64,000 bases of DNA from Hydrolagus colliei (lineage: Eukaryota), in NCBI GenBank assembly GCA_035084275.1, contig CM068742.1, positions 122,636,001-122,700,000 of the forward strand, in the 5' to 3' direction. The position numbers were made by a program, and so were the translations under genes. A model generated the notes under the pieces. It was not told the DNA's origin and ran no database searches. It saw only the letters and a program-made list of their open reading frames with translations. Position 1 is the first letter of the stretch. Every line of letters starts with the position of its first letter. Positions 62,010-64,000 of this stretch are shown here, piece by piece.

Positions 62010-62364
62010 GTCAGTTACTCAAGCACTTGAGTAGCACTCGCCTCTGGCAATTTTTGTGGGTTCATGCCCTATACCTGCCCTTTGAGCTCCCAACTGACAT
62101 TTCAGTTTAGTACTGGGGAAGCTCCGCGTTGTTAGTGATATTAAACCACATGCCCGTCCTTCAGGTGAATCTTCAAGATCCCAGGGCGCTATTTGAAAGA
62201 GAAGAGAGTCCCTCCTGGTATCCTGGCCAACAAACCCCAGATACATAAGTCATGAATGACATATGAAGAACTTTTAGACTTTCTAACATAGAAGACAGAT
62301 GCTGCATCAAATCCAAGTGTTGGACACCGGAAAGAGCACCTTGTTCCCTGCAGGGAATATATAT

Positions 62365-62734
62365 AATATGATAATCCTTGCATTTGATATAGTGCTTTTC
62401 ACATCTTATCGACGTCCCAAAGCGCTTCACAGAATATACTGTAAAATGCATTGACTGTATATTTGTGGGCGAATCGCGGCAGCCAATTGTGCACAGCGGT
62501 GTCCCACAACCATTCGTGGATTGAAATGACCAATTTCATTTTTTTTTGAGGGATTATTATTATTAAGCGTGTGGAGTAAGGAAACCTGCCCAAGCTTTCG
62601 CCCTGACCTGCTTGGATTCGAACACGGGTCTCCTCAGCTTGGTCTCCCCAGCTTGGTTTCCTCAGCTTGGTCTCCCCAGCTTGGTCTCCCCAGCTTGCAA
62701 GACAAGTGCTCTAACCACTAAGCCACAGGAGCTC
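62365..62734 (-). mobile_element. Full-length SINE with an expanded 14-nt minisatellite in its tRNA-like head
   Basis: Same subfamily as 50595; five GGTCTCC(C/T)CAGCTT units at 62627-62696. Confidence 0.9.
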
Positions 62735-63037
62735 CACAATCCACTCCACAATCCAATATTGCAACAATCCACATGCCTTGGCTGTGAGGTGATCTTGCAT
62801 GGGGATCTTTCGCAGGAGATAGAGTTGGCAATTTGAGACATTCTGAATGTGACCCAGTTTTTCCCTGCACATTATCTTTCAATCACAATGTCATGGATGG
62901 CACAGGGTTCTTTCATACTCTCCAAACATATATGGTGCAGAAACTTCAGCCAAATATTTATGCATGAATCCTGCAGTTTAAAATTTGGTTCCTTTTTGAA
63001 TTTTGAGCTAACTGGATTATGAATCTTTGGTTTGCAG

Positions 63038-63158
63038 ACGAGTTGAAAGTCTGAAGCAACGGTTTGCTGGCAAGTCGATACCAACTGAGAAGTTTGCTGT
63101 GAGAAAATCCAGGCGGTACAATTCTCCAAACCCTGTGAAACTTGTCCTACCATCGCTG
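63038..63158 (+). CDS. TTC39B: TTC39B-like, coding exon 15 (RVESLKQRFAGKSIPTEKFAVRKSRRYNSPNPVKLVLPSL); gene continues beyond the window
   Basis: tttgcag| ... |gtgaga, 121 nt. Contains the AGKSIPTEKFAVRK signature. Exons 1-15 total 1293 nt, an uninterrupted 431 codons. Confidence 0.97.
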
Positions 63159-64000
63159 GTGAGAGAGTAGTTTTCTTTTTATGTGCCTTTTTCCTTAGCA
63201 AAACAGAGGTGGCTTTCTTAGTGTAAAGTTCTTGAAGAGGACTTCACAGAGATTTGGTGGATCAAGAATGATAATCTGAAGTTCAGCCTGTTGTACTGGT
63301 TCAGTTGGGTGCACTCTTGTCTCTGAGTCAGTAGGTTGTGAATTCGAACTCCACGTTGAGGCTTTAAAAAGTTTGGCTGGGAATCTGTTCCATTGCTGGG
63401 GGTGTGCTGCATTGCGCTATATCAAAAGCAAGGATTATTATTATTGTTGGGGGAGCTATTATTTGGATGAGACTTTAAATTGAATTCCTATCTATCTGTT
63501 CAGATGGACATTAAAGATCCCATGGCACTATTTGAAAAGAGAAGGGAGTGTCCTGGTCAACAAACCCCAGGTGAAATTGATGATTCAATTCTTGGATGTT
63601 TGTGGGGTAAACATGTTGGTTGATAAATTTATTTCTGCTGATATTTTGGAGGGTATTTTAAAACAGAATATACAGAGTATTACATTAACAAAAAAACCTA
63701 GAGTAAATAAATTGTGACCATGTGTTTAACTGCTGGCCATTCTAACATTTTTAGCTGTTTGTTTTCATGTGACCAGAATATTCCAAGCAAAATTTCTTGA
63801 GTCAGCAATTCCCAGATCTGTTGGCAAATGTTATTTTTATTTGCAGATCAGTTCTCTGGATTAAAGGATTTTGTAAACTGCGGCAAGCTACCAGTACCTT
63901 GTAAAGACTCTGAAATGTGCACTGTTTAGCTTCAGTTTTCTATTACTTGTATTTAACATAACACTTTTAACGTTGGCAGGGCTTGAACAGAACAATTGCA

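Overview
This is eukaryotic vertebrate DNA; the repeat content (L2 LINEs, Deu-type tRNA-SINEs, CR1, Penelope) suggests a cartilaginous fish, possibly a chimaera. The window holds the first 15 coding exons of one plus-strand gene of the TTC39 family (TTC39B-like TPR protein). Its ATG is at 1895, every intron is GT-AG with consistent phases, 431 codons are in view, and the gene runs past the window end. Almost all ORFs in the supplied track are incidental or come from repeats. The introns are packed with transposable elements. The main points of interest are: (1) a CpG-rich non-autonomous hAT family (TAGGGTCCG..CGATAT ends, 8-bp TSDs, TATCGATA subterminal arrays) with four copies, two of them a tandem double insertion with three copies of the same TSD; (2) a 117-bp near-perfect fold-back in intron 1 whose only mismatch is A-C; (3) a 133-bp, 99%-identical segment shared between two SINE tails 36 kb apart; (4) an L2 (GTT)n tail acting as the 3' splice-site tract of a coding exon; (5) a CR1 with an in-frame EN-to-RT internal deletion; (6) ultra-short L2-tail insertions; (7) a candidate 9-nt microexon. 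No prokaryotic systems, CRISPR arrays, rRNA or true tRNA genes were found. Family assignments rest on recalled sequences and motifs, not on database searches.
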